Source: an uncultured Alphaproteobacteria bacterium (GTDB taxonomy: Bacteria; Pseudomonadota; Alphaproteobacteria; MPNO01; DASWLB01). Taken from it: 64,000 nucleotides of DNA. The translations under genes and the position numbers were made by a program. The stretch covers positions 392,116 to 456,115 of the forward strand of contig CAWGXN010000005.1 in the NCBI GenBank assembly GCA_963826605.1. The letters run 5' to 3'. The notes beneath the pieces are model-generated. The model ran no database searches. It worked only from the letters and a program-made list of their open reading frames with translations, and was not told where the DNA came from. Shown piece by piece: positions 54,162 to 64,000 of the stretch (the stretch's first letter is position 1; every line of letters starts with the position of its first letter).

Positions 54162-54256
54162 CGTCTCCCCCACGCTCCAGGCCGTCGCGTCCGGCCCCGA
54201 TAGTCCCTCAAATTCTTTAACAGAAACTTGAGCTTAGCGGAAGTGGCCACCATCTC

Positions 54257-55195
54257 TCACGCCGTCCGACCGAGCGCCTCCATCAGCTCGCGCCATTCGC
54301 GCGCCGACATGCCGTGTTCCTCGCGGGTCGGGCTCTCGCCGGCCAGCAGCCGCTTCACGACCGCCAGCCCCTCGCGCGACAGGGCCGTCCCGCCCATGCG
54401 GTAACGCGTGAACGCGTCGTATGTCAGCGGCACCCAGCTTTTCATCACCTCCAGCATCACGTCCGCATAGGCGCGGATCTCGTACTGGGCGTGGGCGTCG
54501 GCGCGCAGCGACAGGAAATTCATCAGGTTGTAGAGGTCGATCTTCCAGTACCACTGCGTGTAGGTGTTCAGCGTGAGGTTCATCCGCGCCAGCTCACGGG
54601 CAAGGCCCTGGCGCGCGGGATCGACAGGCTTGCCGTCCTGGTCCTCGTTCAGCATCTCGGCGTAGTGGGCGTAGGCCTGCTCCGCGTCGCCGCGCAGCAG
54701 GGCCAGCACGCGCGCGGCTTCCGCCCCCTCCAGCACGTCGCCGCGCCCCTGGCGGTTCGCCCGCGACTGCGCCGCCAGATGCTCCGGCGCGGGGATGTAG
54801 AACTCCTTGTCCAGGATCGAATAGCGCGCCGAGTATTCGTTCACGTTGGCGGTGCGGTGGCGGATCCACTGGCGCGCGACGAAGATCGGCAGCTTCACGT
54901 GCAGCTTGATCTCGCACATCTCGAACGGCGTGGTGTGGCGGTGGCGCATCAAATAGTTGATCAGCCCGGCATCCTCGCTGACCCGCTTGGTGCCCCGCCC
55001 GTAGGAAACGCGCGCCGCCTGCACCACCGCCGCGTCGTCGCCCATATAGTCGATCACCCGCACGAAGCCGTGGTCGAGCACCGGCGTCGCGCGGTACAGC
55101 ATCTCCTCCAGCGCCGCCACGGTGGGGCGCAGCGTCGCGGTCGCCGTCGCGCGGCTCGCCGCGATCTCCGCTTCCTGCTCCGGGGTCAGCGTCAT
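54257..55195 (-). CDS. thyX: FAD-dependent thymidylate synthase
   Basis: [36 protein letters not shown]. Confidence 0.96.
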   Translation of the reverse strand: MTLTPEQEAEIAASRATATATLRPTVAALEEMLYRATPVLDHGFVRVIDYMGDDAAVVQAARVSYGRGTKRVSEDAGLINYLMRHRHTTPFEMCEIKLHVKLPIFVARQWIRHRTANVNEYSARYSILDKEFYIPAPEHLAAQSRANRQGRGDVLEGAEAARVLALLRGDAEQAYAHYAEMLNEDQDGKPVDPARQGLARELARMNLTLNTYTQWYWKIDLYNLMNFLSLRADAHAQYEIRAYADVMLEVMKSWVPLTYDAFTRYRMGGTALSREGLAVVKRLLAGESPTREEHGMSAREWRELMEALGRTA

Positions 55196-55272
55196 GGCGC
55201 CAATCTATAAGGTCCGGCCGCGGAATCGCCAACCCGCTCGCCGTCCCGGGCCGTTATCGACCGTCACGGGTC

Positions 55273-55301
55273 TTTCACGAACGGGCCCACGCGCCTATAT
55301 T
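55273..55301 (+). promoter_or_regulatory. Promoter of ssrA
   Basis: TTTCAC-N17-TATATT immediately upstream of the tmRNA. Confidence 0.6.
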
Positions 55302-55305
55302 GAGT

Positions 55306-55577
55306 GTGCCGGGAAACCGGCTATGGCGATAAACGGCGTGTGTAATAAACGCAGCGGACCCGGGGGCAGTACCCGGCGCCTCCACCAATCCCACCCCGCG
55401 GTCGGGGCCTATGGGGGCGAAACAGGATCGACGCGCGTCTAAAGGCACGTTTTTTGCCCGGCATGGTTCCGCCGTTATCGGGCCTTTTCTACAGATGCCA
55501 ACGACAACTCGATGGCTCTCGCTGCCTAGACATAGGTAAGCGCGGTTCGGGGGGCACCGGGCAACAGAAGCCCCCCA
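55306..55577 (+). ncRNA. ssrA: Circularly permuted two-piece tmRNA; tag peptide ANDNSMALAA at 55497-55529
   Basis: Acceptor piece ends GGGGGCAGTACCCGGCGCCTCCACCA (55387), then an intervening segment, then the coding piece starting GGGGGCGAAACAGGATCGAC (55413); adjacent to sspB; ends approximate. Confidence 0.93.
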
Positions 55578-55629
55578 CTCGAACCCGCCGGAGCGCGGGG
55601 AAGGGCGGAAGCGTTTCACGGTGAGAGCA

Positions 55630-56118
55630 ATGGGCTTGGACCTCTTGCAGTACAACCGGATGGTCGAGCGCGCGATGCGCGGCGTGGTGCGCGAGGCGTT
55701 GGAGCGCGTCGCCGCCGAGGGGCTGCCCGGCCAGCACCATTTCTACATCACCTTCCGCACGGACTTCCCCGGGGTCGAGGTCTCGCCGGCGCTGAAATCG
55801 CGCTTCCCGGAGGAGATGACGATCGTCCTGCAGCACCAGTTCTGGGGGCTCGCCGTCCGCCCCGACGGGTTCAACGTGGCGCTCAGCTTCTCGGGCGTGC
55901 AGGAGACGCTGGCCGTGCCGTTCGCCGCCGTCACCGGATTCGTCGATCCCTCGGTCAAGTTCGGGCTGCAGTTCGAGCCGGACGCCGAGGCGGCCGGCCG
56001 CCCCGCCCAGGGCGCGCCCGCTGCGATCCCCGAATCCAGGCCCGAGCCCAAGCCGAAGCCACCCGCCGTGGACGGCCCGGCCGAGATCGTCACCCTCGAC
56101 GCCTTCCGGAAGAAGTAA
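55630..56118 (+). CDS. sspB: ClpXP adaptor SspB (alphaproteobacterial type)
   Basis: GLPG.HHFYITF.T, EMTIVLQHQFW, F.DPSV.FGLQF, C-terminal LDAFRKK. Confidence 0.92.
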   Translation: MGLDLLQYNRMVERAMRGVVREALERVAAEGLPGQHHFYITFRTDFPGVEVSPALKSRFPEEMTIVLQHQFWGLAVRPDGFNVALSFSGVQETLAVPFAAVTGFVDPSVKFGLQFEPDAEAAGRPAQGAPAAIPESRPEPKPKPPAVDGPAEIVTLDAFRKK

Positions 56119-56138
56119 TACGAATTCCGGCAATCGCG

Positions 56139-56256
56139 CCGTTCGCGCTTCGTGACGGCCCTCTGCCTGTGGCGGCGGGCCTCCTCAGCACGAACGGACT
56201 TCAGGAACCGTTCGTCCTGAGGAGCGCCTCACGGGCGCGTCTCGAAGGGCGAACGG
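56139..56256. repeat. Two family B repeat units, back to back
   Basis: CTCCTCAGCACGAACGG followed by CCGTTCGTCCTGAGGAG..GTCTCGAAGGGCGAACGG. Confidence 0.78.
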
Positions 56257-56278
56257 CATGATCTGGGATCGGAGAGGC

Positions 56279-57889
56279 ATGACCGACTACGCCCATCACG
56301 AAATGTTCCCGCTCGGGCCGGACGAGACCGAGTACCGCAAGCTCACCTCCGATCATGTCGGCGTGGAGAAGCTCGCCGGGCGCGAGGTGGTGACGATCGC
56401 ACCCCAGGCGCTGACCGCGCTCGCCTCGCAGGCCTTCGTCGACATGGCGCACTTCCTGCGCCCGGGCCATCTCGCCCAGCTCCGCGCGATCCTCGACGAC
56501 CCCGAGGCATCGGCCAACGACCGGTTCGTTGCGCTCGAGTTCCTGAAGAACGCGAACATCGCGGCGGGCGGCGTGCTGCCCATGTGCCAGGACACCGGCA
56601 CCGCCATCATCATGGGCAAAAAGGGCGAGAACGTCTTCACCGGCGCCGACGACGAGGCCGCCTTGTCGCAGGGCGTGCTGAAGACGTATCTCGAGGACAA
56701 TCTGCGCTACTCGCAGGTCTCGCCCTTGTCGATGTTCGAGGAGGTCAACACCGGCAACAATCTGCCGGCGCAGATCGAGCTCTACGCGACGCCGGGCGAC
56801 GCCTACAAGTTCCTGTTCGTCGCCAAGGGCGGGGGTTCGGCCAACAAGTCCTTCCTGCACCAGCAGACGCCCGCCGTACTCAACCCCGACAAGCTGGTGT
56901 CGTTCATCGACACGCAGATCCGCACGCTCGGCACGGCGGCGTGCCCGCCCTACCACCTGGCCGTGGTGATCGGCGGCACCTCGGCCGAGCTGACGATGAA
57001 GACCGTGAAGCTCGCCTCGTGCCGCTATCTCGACACGCTGCCGCGCCAGGGGACGGAATTCGGCACCGCCTTCCGCGACGTCGAGATGGAGGCGCAGATC
57101 CTCGAGCTCACGCGCAAGATGGGCATCGGCGCGCAGTTCGGCGGCAAGTATTTCTGCCACGACGTGCGGGTGATCCGCCTGCCGCGCCACGGCGCCTCGG
57201 TGCCGATCGGCATCGGCGTGTCGTGCTCGGCCGACCGCCAGGTGCTGGGCAAGATCACGCGCGACGGCGTGTTCCTGGAACGGTTGGAGACCAACCCGGC
57301 CCAGTATCTGCCCGAGATCGACGAATCCCGGCTCGGCGGCGAGGTGGTGCGGGTCGACCTCAACCGCCCGATGGCCGAGATCCGCAACACCCTGTCGCAA
57401 TATCCGGTCAAGACGCGGCTGGCGCTCAATGGCCCGCTGATCGTCGCGCGCGACGCGGCGCACGCCCGGCTAAAGGCGCGGCTCGATGCGGGCGAGGGCC
57501 TGCCCGATTACATGCGCGACTACGCCGTCTATTACGCGGGTCCGGCCAAGACGCCCAAGGGCTACGCCTCGGGCGCGTTCGGGCCGACCACGGCCGGGCG
57601 CATGGACTCCTATGTCGACGAGTTCCAGAAGGCGGGCGGCAGCTACGTCATGCTCGCCAAGGGCAACCGCTCGCCCGAGGTGCGCGCCGCCTGCAAGGCG
57701 AATGGCGGGTTCTATCTCGGCTCGATCGGCGGCGCGGCGGCCAACCTCGCCGAGCACGCGATCAAGAAGGTCGAGTGCGTCGAGTACGAAGATCTCGGCA
57801 TGGAAGCCGTCTGGAAGATCGAGGTCGAGGACTTCCCCGCCTTCGTCATCATCGACGACAAGGGCAACGACTTCTTCCAGCAGAAATAG
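56279..57889 (+). CDS. fumA: Class I (Fe-S) fumarate hydratase
   Basis: [34 protein letters not shown]. Confidence 0.93.
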   Translation: MTDYAHHEMFPLGPDETEYRKLTSDHVGVEKLAGREVVTIAPQALTALASQAFVDMAHFLRPGHLAQLRAILDDPEASANDRFVALEFLKNANIAAGGVLPMCQDTGTAIIMGKKGENVFTGADDEAALSQGVLKTYLEDNLRYSQVSPLSMFEEVNTGNNLPAQIELYATPGDAYKFLFVAKGGGSANKSFLHQQTPAVLNPDKLVSFIDTQIRTLGTAACPPYHLAVVIGGTSAELTMKTVKLASCRYLDTLPRQGTEFGTAFRDVEMEAQILELTRKMGIGAQFGGKYFCHDVRVIRLPRHGASVPIGIGVSCSADRQVLGKITRDGVFLERLETNPAQYLPEIDESRLGGEVVRVDLNRPMAEIRNTLSQYPVKTRLALNGPLIVARDAAHARLKARLDAGEGLPDYMRDYAVYYAGPAKTPKGYASGAFGPTTAGRMDSYVDEFQKAGGSYVMLAKGNRSPEVRAACKANGGFYLGSIGGAAANLAEHAIKKVECVEYEDLGMEAVWKIEVEDFPAFVIIDDKGNDFFQQK

Positions 57890-57929
57890 CCCTTATTGCC
57901 GCCGCCGGCCGTCTGAAAATCCCGCCCTG

Positions 57930-58030
57930 CGTCATTGCGGGGAGGCCCGAGGCCGACGCGGCAATCCAGAACTCCCTGGTTTCGGCCCTTTTGTGGATCG
58001 CCGCGGCCGCTTCGCGGCCTGGCGATGACG
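57930..58030. repeat. CGTC-type palindromic repeat, family A
   Basis: CGTCATTGCG..GGCAATCCA / TGGATCGCC..GCGATGACG. Confidence 0.78.
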
Positions 58031-58085
58031 ATGGAAGGGTTTTGCGACATCCTGATAGCATGGGCCCTTCACAGGGAGGGGCGCC

Positions 58086-59894
58086 ATGACCCACGAGGTG
58101 AGGATCGAGCGACCGGAGGCGGGCGGCAACCCGCGCATGGGCTGGGCGAGCGACGTGGCCGCCGAGATGCTGCGCCGGCTCGGCATCGCCTACGTCACCC
58201 ATAACCCTGGTTCGAGCTTCGCCGGGCTGCACGATTCCATCGTGAACTTCCTCGGCAACGAGGACCCGACCATGCTGCTCACCCTCAACGAGGGGGCGGC
58301 GGTCGCCATCGCGCACGGCTATGCGAAGGTGACCGGCCGGCCGATGGGGGTGATCCTGCATTCCAATGTCGGGTTCATGAACGGCATCATGGCGATCTTC
58401 AACGCGTGGGTGGACCGCGTGCCGATCTATGTGATGGGCGCGTCCGGCCCGCACGACGCCGCCGACCGCATTCCGTGGATCCACTGGATCCATACGTTCA
58501 AGGACCAGGCCGGGCTGGTGCGCAACTTCATCAAGTGGGATGCCGCGCCCGGCTCGGCCGAGGATCTGATCGAGTGCATGCTGCGCGCCAACATCCTGGG
58601 CCGCACCCCGCCGATGGGGCCGACCTATATCGACCTCGATGTCGGGCTGCAGCAGCGCGCGCTGGACCATGAGGTGCGCCTGCCCGATGCCGCGCGCTTC
58701 GCCCCGCCCGCGACGCCCGATCCCGCGCCGGAGGCCGTCGCACGCGCGGCCGAGCTTCTCCTCGCCGCCACGAGCCCGGTGATCCTGATGGGCCGCGTCT
58801 CGCGCGACCAGGGCGACTGGGACCGGCGCGTGCGCCTCGCCGAGCTGCTGGGTGCCGCGGTCTGCACCGACCATAAGGTCGGCGCGCAGTTCCCCACCGA
58901 CCATCCGCTGCATGTCGGGATGCCGGGCGTCCATTTCCGCGCCGAGGGCCATCCTTACGTCGCCGGCGCCGACGCGATCCTCGCGCTCGACTGGATCGAC
59001 CTGGCCGGCCATCTGAAGCAGGTGTTCAAGGGTGGCGAGCCTGCGCCGAAGATCATCCAGGCCCAGGTCGATTCCTACGTCCATAACGGCTTCTCGATGG
59101 ACCATTTCGGCCTCGCCCCGGCCGACGTGCCGATCCTCGCCGACCCGGACCGCGCCGTCGCCGCCATCCTCGAGATCGTCGAGCAGAAGACCGGCGGCAA
59201 GGCGCGCTGGGACGGCAAGGCGAAGGGGACCGGCTACCCCACATACGGCAAGCTCGCCGACCGCCCCGCCGACGCACCCATCGACCTCGCCACGCTGGGC
59301 GTCGCCATCGCCGAGCTGCGCACGCGCCATCCGATCGTGCTGGGGCGCACCTCGCTCGGCTGGATCGCCGAGACCAACCATTATCGCGGCCCGCTCGACT
59401 ATCTGGGCGGCGAGGGCGGTGCGGGCGTCGGCGCCGGGCCGGGCAACGCGGTGGGCTTCGCGCTCGGGCTGATGGGCAGCGACAGGATCGCGCTCTCGGT
59501 GATCGGCGACGGCGATTTCATCCAGGGGGTGCAGGCGCTGTGGACCGCGGCGCACTACGCCATCCCCGCGCTTATCGTGGTGGTGGACAACCGCTCGCAC
59601 CTCAATGACGAGCTGATCGGCGAGCGCATCGCCAAGCTGCGCGAGCGCAATCCCGCCAACGTGTGGATCGGCCAGCGCTTCGACAACCCGCCGCTCGACA
59701 TCGCCGCCATCGCGCGCGGCCAGGGCGTGGAGTCGCTGACGGTGACGCGGGCGGGCGAGCTCGAAGAGACGCTGGAGCGCGCGATCGCGGTGGTGAAGGG
59801 CGGCGCGCCCTGCCTGGTCGACGTGCTCGCCACCGAGCGCGCCTCGTCGGTCACGCACGCCACCCAGGGCGTCGAAAGCGCGGGCAAGAGATAG
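58086..59894 (+). CDS. Thiamine diphosphate-dependent enzyme (acetolactate synthase / benzoylformate decarboxylase superfamily)
   Basis: NPGSS..GL.DS, E..AV.IAHGYAK.TG, ThDP motif GDGDF...N. Confidence 0.88.
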   Translation: MTHEVRIERPEAGGNPRMGWASDVAAEMLRRLGIAYVTHNPGSSFAGLHDSIVNFLGNEDPTMLLTLNEGAAVAIAHGYAKVTGRPMGVILHSNVGFMNGIMAIFNAWVDRVPIYVMGASGPHDAADRIPWIHWIHTFKDQAGLVRNFIKWDAAPGSAEDLIECMLRANILGRTPPMGPTYIDLDVGLQQRALDHEVRLPDAARFAPPATPDPAPEAVARAAELLLAATSPVILMGRVSRDQGDWDRRVRLAELLGAAVCTDHKVGAQFPTDHPLHVGMPGVHFRAEGHPYVAGADAILALDWIDLAGHLKQVFKGGEPAPKIIQAQVDSYVHNGFSMDHFGLAPADVPILADPDRAVAAILEIVEQKTGGKARWDGKAKGTGYPTYGKLADRPADAPIDLATLGVAIAELRTRHPIVLGRTSLGWIAETNHYRGPLDYLGGEGGAGVGAGPGNAVGFALGLMGSDRIALSVIGDGDFIQGVQALWTAAHYAIPALIVVVDNRSHLNDELIGERIAKLRERNPANVWIGQRFDNPPLDIAAIARGQGVESLTVTRAGELEETLERAIAVVKGGAPCLVDVLATERASSVTHATQGVESAGKR

Positions 59895-59933
59895 TAGGAT
59901 CGCCCGCATGACGGCTCCAGGCGAGGGCGCGCG

Positions 59934-60731
59934 ATGGGCGTGACGGTCGGCGCGCGCTGGGACGACAATTCCCAGAACCCGCGCTTCCGCAAGGCGGCGG
60001 AGGCCGGGCTGATCGCCTATGCCGAGGTGAATTACCCGGTGGCGCTGGCCGCGGAATGGGACCGGCTCGGCCTGCCGGTGATTGCGCACACCTCCTCCAA
60101 CCCGACCTGCAGCGCCGCGGGAATCGACCGCGCCGTCGCGCGCCGGGTGAAGGAGGGCGCAGACCGCGCCGGCTCGCCCTGGATCGGCGAGCATCTGACC
60201 TGGCTCGGCGCCGCCGGCTCGGGCTCGCTCGGCTACCAGATCAACCCCGCCTTCTCGCGCGCCTTCAACGACGTGGCGGTGGACAATCTCGCGCGGCTGG
60301 GCGCGTTCTATGGCCGGCCGCTGGCGCTCGAGCTGGGGCCGGTCTACATGCCCGCCGCCACCGACTATGAAAGCGAGATGCATTTCCTGGGCGACGCCGC
60401 GCGCCGCACCAATTCGTGGATCATCCTCGACATCACCCATTGGCAGATCGCCAACCGCAATCTCGGCCGGGCGGAGGAGTACGGGCTGGACGCCATCGAC
60501 CCCGACCGCGTCGTCGAGCTGCACGTCGCCGGCATGCGGATGGGCTCCGAGGGCACGTTCTGGCACGACGCGCACCAGCTCGTCCCGCCCGACGACGTGC
60601 TGGCGCTGCTCGCGCGCCTGGTGCCGCGCTTCCCCGCGCTGCGCGCCGTGACGTTGGAGCATCACGCCGCCGCGCCCGAGGACGAGTTCTACACGGCGCT
60701 CGAACGCGTGCGCGCCGCCGCCCTGGCATGA
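59934..60731 (+). CDS. DUF692 family multinuclear non-heme iron oxidative enzyme (MNIO), divergent
   Basis: Ordered ligand pattern AH..., WIGEHL, LALE, ILDITH, ELHVAG, HDAH, VTLE in a ~265 aa TIM-barrel-sized protein. Confidence 0.82.
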   Translation: MGVTVGARWDDNSQNPRFRKAAEAGLIAYAEVNYPVALAAEWDRLGLPVIAHTSSNPTCSAAGIDRAVARRVKEGADRAGSPWIGEHLTWLGAAGSGSLGYQINPAFSRAFNDVAVDNLARLGAFYGRPLALELGPVYMPAATDYESEMHFLGDAARRTNSWIILDITHWQIANRNLGRAEEYGLDAIDPDRVVELHVAGMRMGSEGTFWHDAHQLVPPDDVLALLARLVPRFPALRAVTLEHHAAAPEDEFYTALERVRAAALA

Positions 60732-61417
60732 CGCTCGACCGGGCCGCCCTCGCCCGCGTGCAGGCGCTCTACGTGCGGCTGCTGTTCTGCGCGCCCACGG
60801 TCTCGGCCTACCGCGACGATCCCGGCGCCCTGCTCGCGCGCCACGGCCTGCCGGAAGAAGCGGCGGCGCTGCTGCCCGATGTGGGCTCGGCGAACTTCGC
60901 GGCCGAATCGCGCGCCCGGCGCGGCAATGTCGAGCGCGAGATCGCGGCACGCTTCCCGCGCACGGTCGAGCATCTCGCCGCCCAGGGCGACGCGGCGCCG
61001 GTCGCCGGGTTCCTGTCGTCCGACGCGTTCTACGATCCGGGAAGCGGCCTGCCGCACCCGTCGGGCGTCGGGCCGGGCTACGAAAACACCAGCAAGTTCT
61101 ATTTCTGGCTACGCGGCGCGCGCGGGCTGCGTGCGCCCGGCTGCGACATCGCGCTGCGCACCCATCTGAACGTCGAGTTCGCGATCTATCTGCTGTCGAC
61201 CCTCGCCAAGGGGGCCGAGCCCTATTATCGCCGCTTCGAAGGCGCGGTGTGGTGGCCGAACGACCCCGCCGCGCCGGTTCCCGTCGTCGTGGTGGACGAC
61301 AGGATGCGGCTGATCCGCGTTTCCGAGCCGGCCAAGATCGGCCAGCTCACAGCGCTCCATTTCGCCAATCTCGACGCGCTCGATCCCGACCCGTCGCTCA
61401 TCGAAGGCCCACTCTAG
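60728..61417 (+). CDS. Putative MNIO partner protein (hypothetical)
   Basis: ATGA overlap with the MNIO stop; helical N-terminus (Q.L..RLL, Y..DP..L, R.....RFPRT) reminiscent of DUF692 partners. Confidence 0.7.
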   Translation: MTLDRAALARVQALYVRLLFCAPTVSAYRDDPGALLARHGLPEEAAALLPDVGSANFAAESRARRGNVEREIAARFPRTVEHLAAQGDAAPVAGFLSSDAFYDPGSGLPHPSGVGPGYENTSKFYFWLRGARGLRAPGCDIALRTHLNVEFAIYLLSTLAKGAEPYYRRFEGAVWWPNDPAAPVPVVVVDDRMRLIRVSEPAKIGQLTALHFANLDALDPDPSLIEGPL

Positions 61418-61529
61418 GCCCGCGTGGCGCGGCGGTTGACCGCGCGGCGCGCCCCGCCGACACTGCGCACGCAACCGCAAGGGCGGCCCTGCCAGCAGCC
61501 GCGTCACGAGTTCCAGGGGAGGGAACGCC

Positions 61530-62684
61530 ATGATCCGATCAACCGACCGCATCCTCGCCACCCATGCGGGCTCGCTGCCCCGGCCCGACGATCTGCGCCA
61601 GATGGTGGCCGCCAAATCGCGCGGCGAGCCGGTCGACGCCGCCGCCTTGGATCGCCGCCTGAAGGAGGCCGTTGCCGAAACGGTGAAGCGCCAGGCCGCC
61701 GCCGGCATCGACAGCGTGAACGACGGCGAGATGTCGAAGATCAACTTCACCAACTACGTGCGCGAGCGCATCGCCGGGTTCGAGATCCGCCCCTCCGACA
61801 CCGGCGACTACATGCGGCTCGACATCACCGCGCGCGACCGGCGCCACTTCGCCGAATATTTCGAGGCGGTGCCGTCGGCGCGCTTCCCCGCCGGCACCAC
61901 CGTGCCGGTCTGCGTCGAGCCGTTGCGCTATGTCGGCCAGGCCGACCTCGCCCGCGACCTCGACAACTTCAAGGCGGCACTGGCGGGCGTCGACGTAGCC
62001 GAGGCGTACCTGCCGGCCAACACGCCCGGCACCATCGAGCATTGGATGATCAACGAGCACTACAAGTCTGACGAGGAGTTCGTCTTCGCCATCGCTGACG
62101 TGATGCGCGAGGAATACAACGCCATCGTGCAGGCGGGCTTCGCGCTGCAGATCGACGATCCCGATCTGCCCGACGGGTGGAACTGCCTGCCCGAGATGAC
62201 CGTTCCCGAATACCGCAAATACGCCGACATGCGCGTCGCCGCGCTCAACCACGCGCTGCGCGACATCCCGCGCGAGAGAGTGCGGCTGCATGTCTGCTGG
62301 GGCAGCTTCCACGGCCCGCACAACGACGACATCCCGCTCGCCGATATCGCCGACATCATCTTCAAGGTGAAGGCCGAGAGCTTCTCGATCGAGGCGTCGA
62401 ATCCGGGCCACGAGCACGAATGGCGCGTGTTCGAGGAGGTGAAGCTGCCGGCGGGCGCGACCCTGGTGCCTGGCGTGGTCGGCCATTGCACCGACTTCAT
62501 CGAGCATCCCGACCTGGTGGCCGAGCGGCTGGTGCGCTACGCGAAGCTGGTGGGGCGCGAGAACGTACTGGCCGGCACCGATTGCGGGCTCGGCATGCGC
62601 GTCGGCCACGCCTCGATCTGCTGGGCCAAGCTCGAAGCGCTCGCCGAGGGCGCCCGCCGCGCCACCAGGATCCTCTGGGGATAG
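61530..62684 (+). CDS. Cobalamin-independent methionine synthase II family (single-barrel MetE-like / epoxyalkane:CoM transferase-like)
   Basis: THAGSLPRP, NDGE, LQIDDP, Zn ligands HVCWG, E, TDCG. Confidence 0.88.
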   Translation: MIRSTDRILATHAGSLPRPDDLRQMVAAKSRGEPVDAAALDRRLKEAVAETVKRQAAAGIDSVNDGEMSKINFTNYVRERIAGFEIRPSDTGDYMRLDITARDRRHFAEYFEAVPSARFPAGTTVPVCVEPLRYVGQADLARDLDNFKAALAGVDVAEAYLPANTPGTIEHWMINEHYKSDEEFVFAIADVMREEYNAIVQAGFALQIDDPDLPDGWNCLPEMTVPEYRKYADMRVAALNHALRDIPRERVRLHVCWGSFHGPHNDDIPLADIADIIFKVKAESFSIEASNPGHEHEWRVFEEVKLPAGATLVPGVVGHCTDFIEHPDLVAERLVRYAKLVGRENVLAGTDCGLGMRVGHASICWAKLEALAEGARRATRILWG

Positions 62685-62742
62685 ATCGGCGCCCTCGACC
62701 CGCATCAGCTCGGGACGAGCGAGCATCATCCGCCCTTGTGCC

Positions 62743-62852
62743 CCGTTCGTCCCGGGTGGCCCGAAGGGGCTGCATCGAAGGACGGACGCGGTGGCGGCCG
62801 TTCGCACTTCGATACCGGCCTCGCGCCGCTCGGCCGCACTCAGCACGAACGG
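62743..62852. repeat. Family B repeat, divergent copy
   Basis: CCGTTCGTCC..ATCGAAGGAC / CTTCGATAC..CTCAGCACGAACGG. Confidence 0.65.
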
Positions 62853-62918
62853 CAAACGGCCGTCAAATTCATCCTGCAAGGGTCTCCACAGCCTGTTGAA
62901 GGACGAAGGTGAGCGCGG

Positions 62919-63467
62919 CTAACCCTTCTGCCGGGCCAACATGTCGGCGTATTCGCGGCCGCGCTTGACGTAGTGGGCGACGATCTCGCGTCCGTAGGCG
63001 ATTTCGTCCGGCCCCATGTCGCGCATCTTGCGGGCGGGCCGGCCGGCCCACATCTCGCCCGACTTCACGATCTTGCCCGGGGTGACGAGCGAACCGGCGG
63101 CGACCATCGCGCCGGTCTCGACCACGCATTCGTCGAGCAGGGTCGCGCCCATGCCGACGAACGCGCCGTCCTGCAGGGTGCAGGCGTGCAGCAGCACCAT
63201 GTGGCCGACCGTGACGTCGGCGCCGATCGAGGTGCCCTGCACGCCCGACGAGACGTGGATGATCGAGCCGTCCTGGATGTTGGTGCGTGCGCCGATGCGG
63301 ATCGGCTCGTCGTCGCCGCGCACGATGCAGCCGAACCAGAGGCTCGCATCCTCGGCCATCTCCACGTCGCCGATGACCGTCGCGTTGGGCGCGACGAAGG
63401 CGGTCGGATGGATCAGCGGCGTATGGTTGCCGTAGGGCAGGATCAGGCCATTGGGATGGGGAATCAC
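62919..63467 (-). CDS. Gamma carbonic anhydrase family protein
   Basis: Hexapeptide repeats, RGD, TNIQD...H, VGH..LH; GTGA overlap with the argC stop. Confidence 0.9.
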   Translation of the reverse strand: MIPHPNGLILPYGNHTPLIHPTAFVAPNATVIGDVEMAEDASLWFGCIVRGDDEPIRIGARTNIQDGSIIHVSSGVQGTSIGADVTVGHMVLLHACTLQDGAFVGMGATLLDECVVETGAMVAAGSLVTPGKIVKSGEMWAGRPARKMRDMGPDEIAYGREIVAHYVKRGREYADMLARQKG

Positions 63468-64000
63468 GGGAACAGCGGCTCCTGGGTCGAGCGCGGTGGT
63501 CTCGGCAAGGCCGAACATCGCGTTCATGTTCTGCATCGCCTGGCCCGAAGCGCCCTTGACCAGGTTGTCGATCACCGAGACCAGGATCGCCCGGCCGGGC
63601 AGCCGGTCGGCGAACACCCCGATCAGGCAGTGGTTCGAGCCGCGCACGTGGCGCGTCGCCGGCGCCATGCCCGTCGGGCACCAGGCGCACGAACGGCTCG
63701 TCCGCGTAGCGCTGCCGCCAGGGTCCGCGCGCAGGCCGTCGGCGTCGGCGCCGTTCGCGAGCCGGACATAGATGGTCGACGAGGATGCCCCGGTTCATCG
63801 GCATGAGGTGCGGCGTGAAGGCGACCCGCACGGCGGCGCCCGCCGCGCGCGTCAGCTCCTGCTCGATCTCGGGCGTGTGGCGGTGGCGGGCGATGCCGTA
63901 GGCGTGGATGCCCTCGGACACCTCGGAGAACAGCTTGGCCTCCTTCGCCGCGCGGCCGGCGCCGGTCATGCCCGACTTGGCATCGACGATGATCTCGCCG
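63464..64000 (-). CDS. argC: N-acetyl-gamma-glutamyl-phosphate reductase, 3' part (frameshifted)
   Basis: [43 protein letters not shown]. Confidence 0.93.

Noticed and set aside
54257-55195. thyX plus RNR homologue as prophage nucleotide-metabolism cargo, with tmRNA as an integration site
   Set aside because: Both sit in typical chromosomal synteny; no integrase, att duplication or structural phage genes
55355-55387. Standalone tRNA (T-arm plus CCA end)
   Set aside because: It is the acceptor piece of the permuted tmRNA; there is no anticodon arm
59908-59943. Tiny ORF MTAPGEGARWA as the MNIO precursor peptide
   Set aside because: Only 11 aa, no Cys or leader, weak RBS, and it overlaps the MNIO start; probably chance or an indel-separated MNIO N-terminus

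Overview
A very GC-rich chromosomal segment from an alphaproteobacterium, probably Rhodospirillales-like. This is supported by the permuted two-piece tmRNA next to sspB, and by the ubiE/mutM, ispH-thrB-rnhA, aroQ-accBC-aat and NDUFA12-mlaD-DUF2155 gene orders. It is mostly core metabolism: methionine salvage (mtnBDC), ubiquinone, hopanoid modification (hpnI-J-L), arginine/ornithine metabolism, thyX and fumarase. Four families of intergenic palindromic (REP/MITE-like) repeats are interspersed. About 20 genes, including housekeeping ones, carry single-base frameshifts, which points to long-read indel errors rather than real pseudogenes, so coordinates of split genes are approximate. The best candidates for new biology are: (1) a full-length class II ribonucleotide reductase homologue that has lost its catalytic motif (NPCSE) but keeps tandem NrdR-like boxes and a Zn ribbon; (2) a divergent DUF692/MNIO iron enzyme with a translationally coupled partner, lying between a ThDP enzyme and a MetE-like Zn enzyme, with no visible precursor peptide; (3) a solitary hyaluronan-synthase/NodC-like GT2 with an altered QxxRW motif. 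All family assignments come from motif recognition by eye, and no database search was run.
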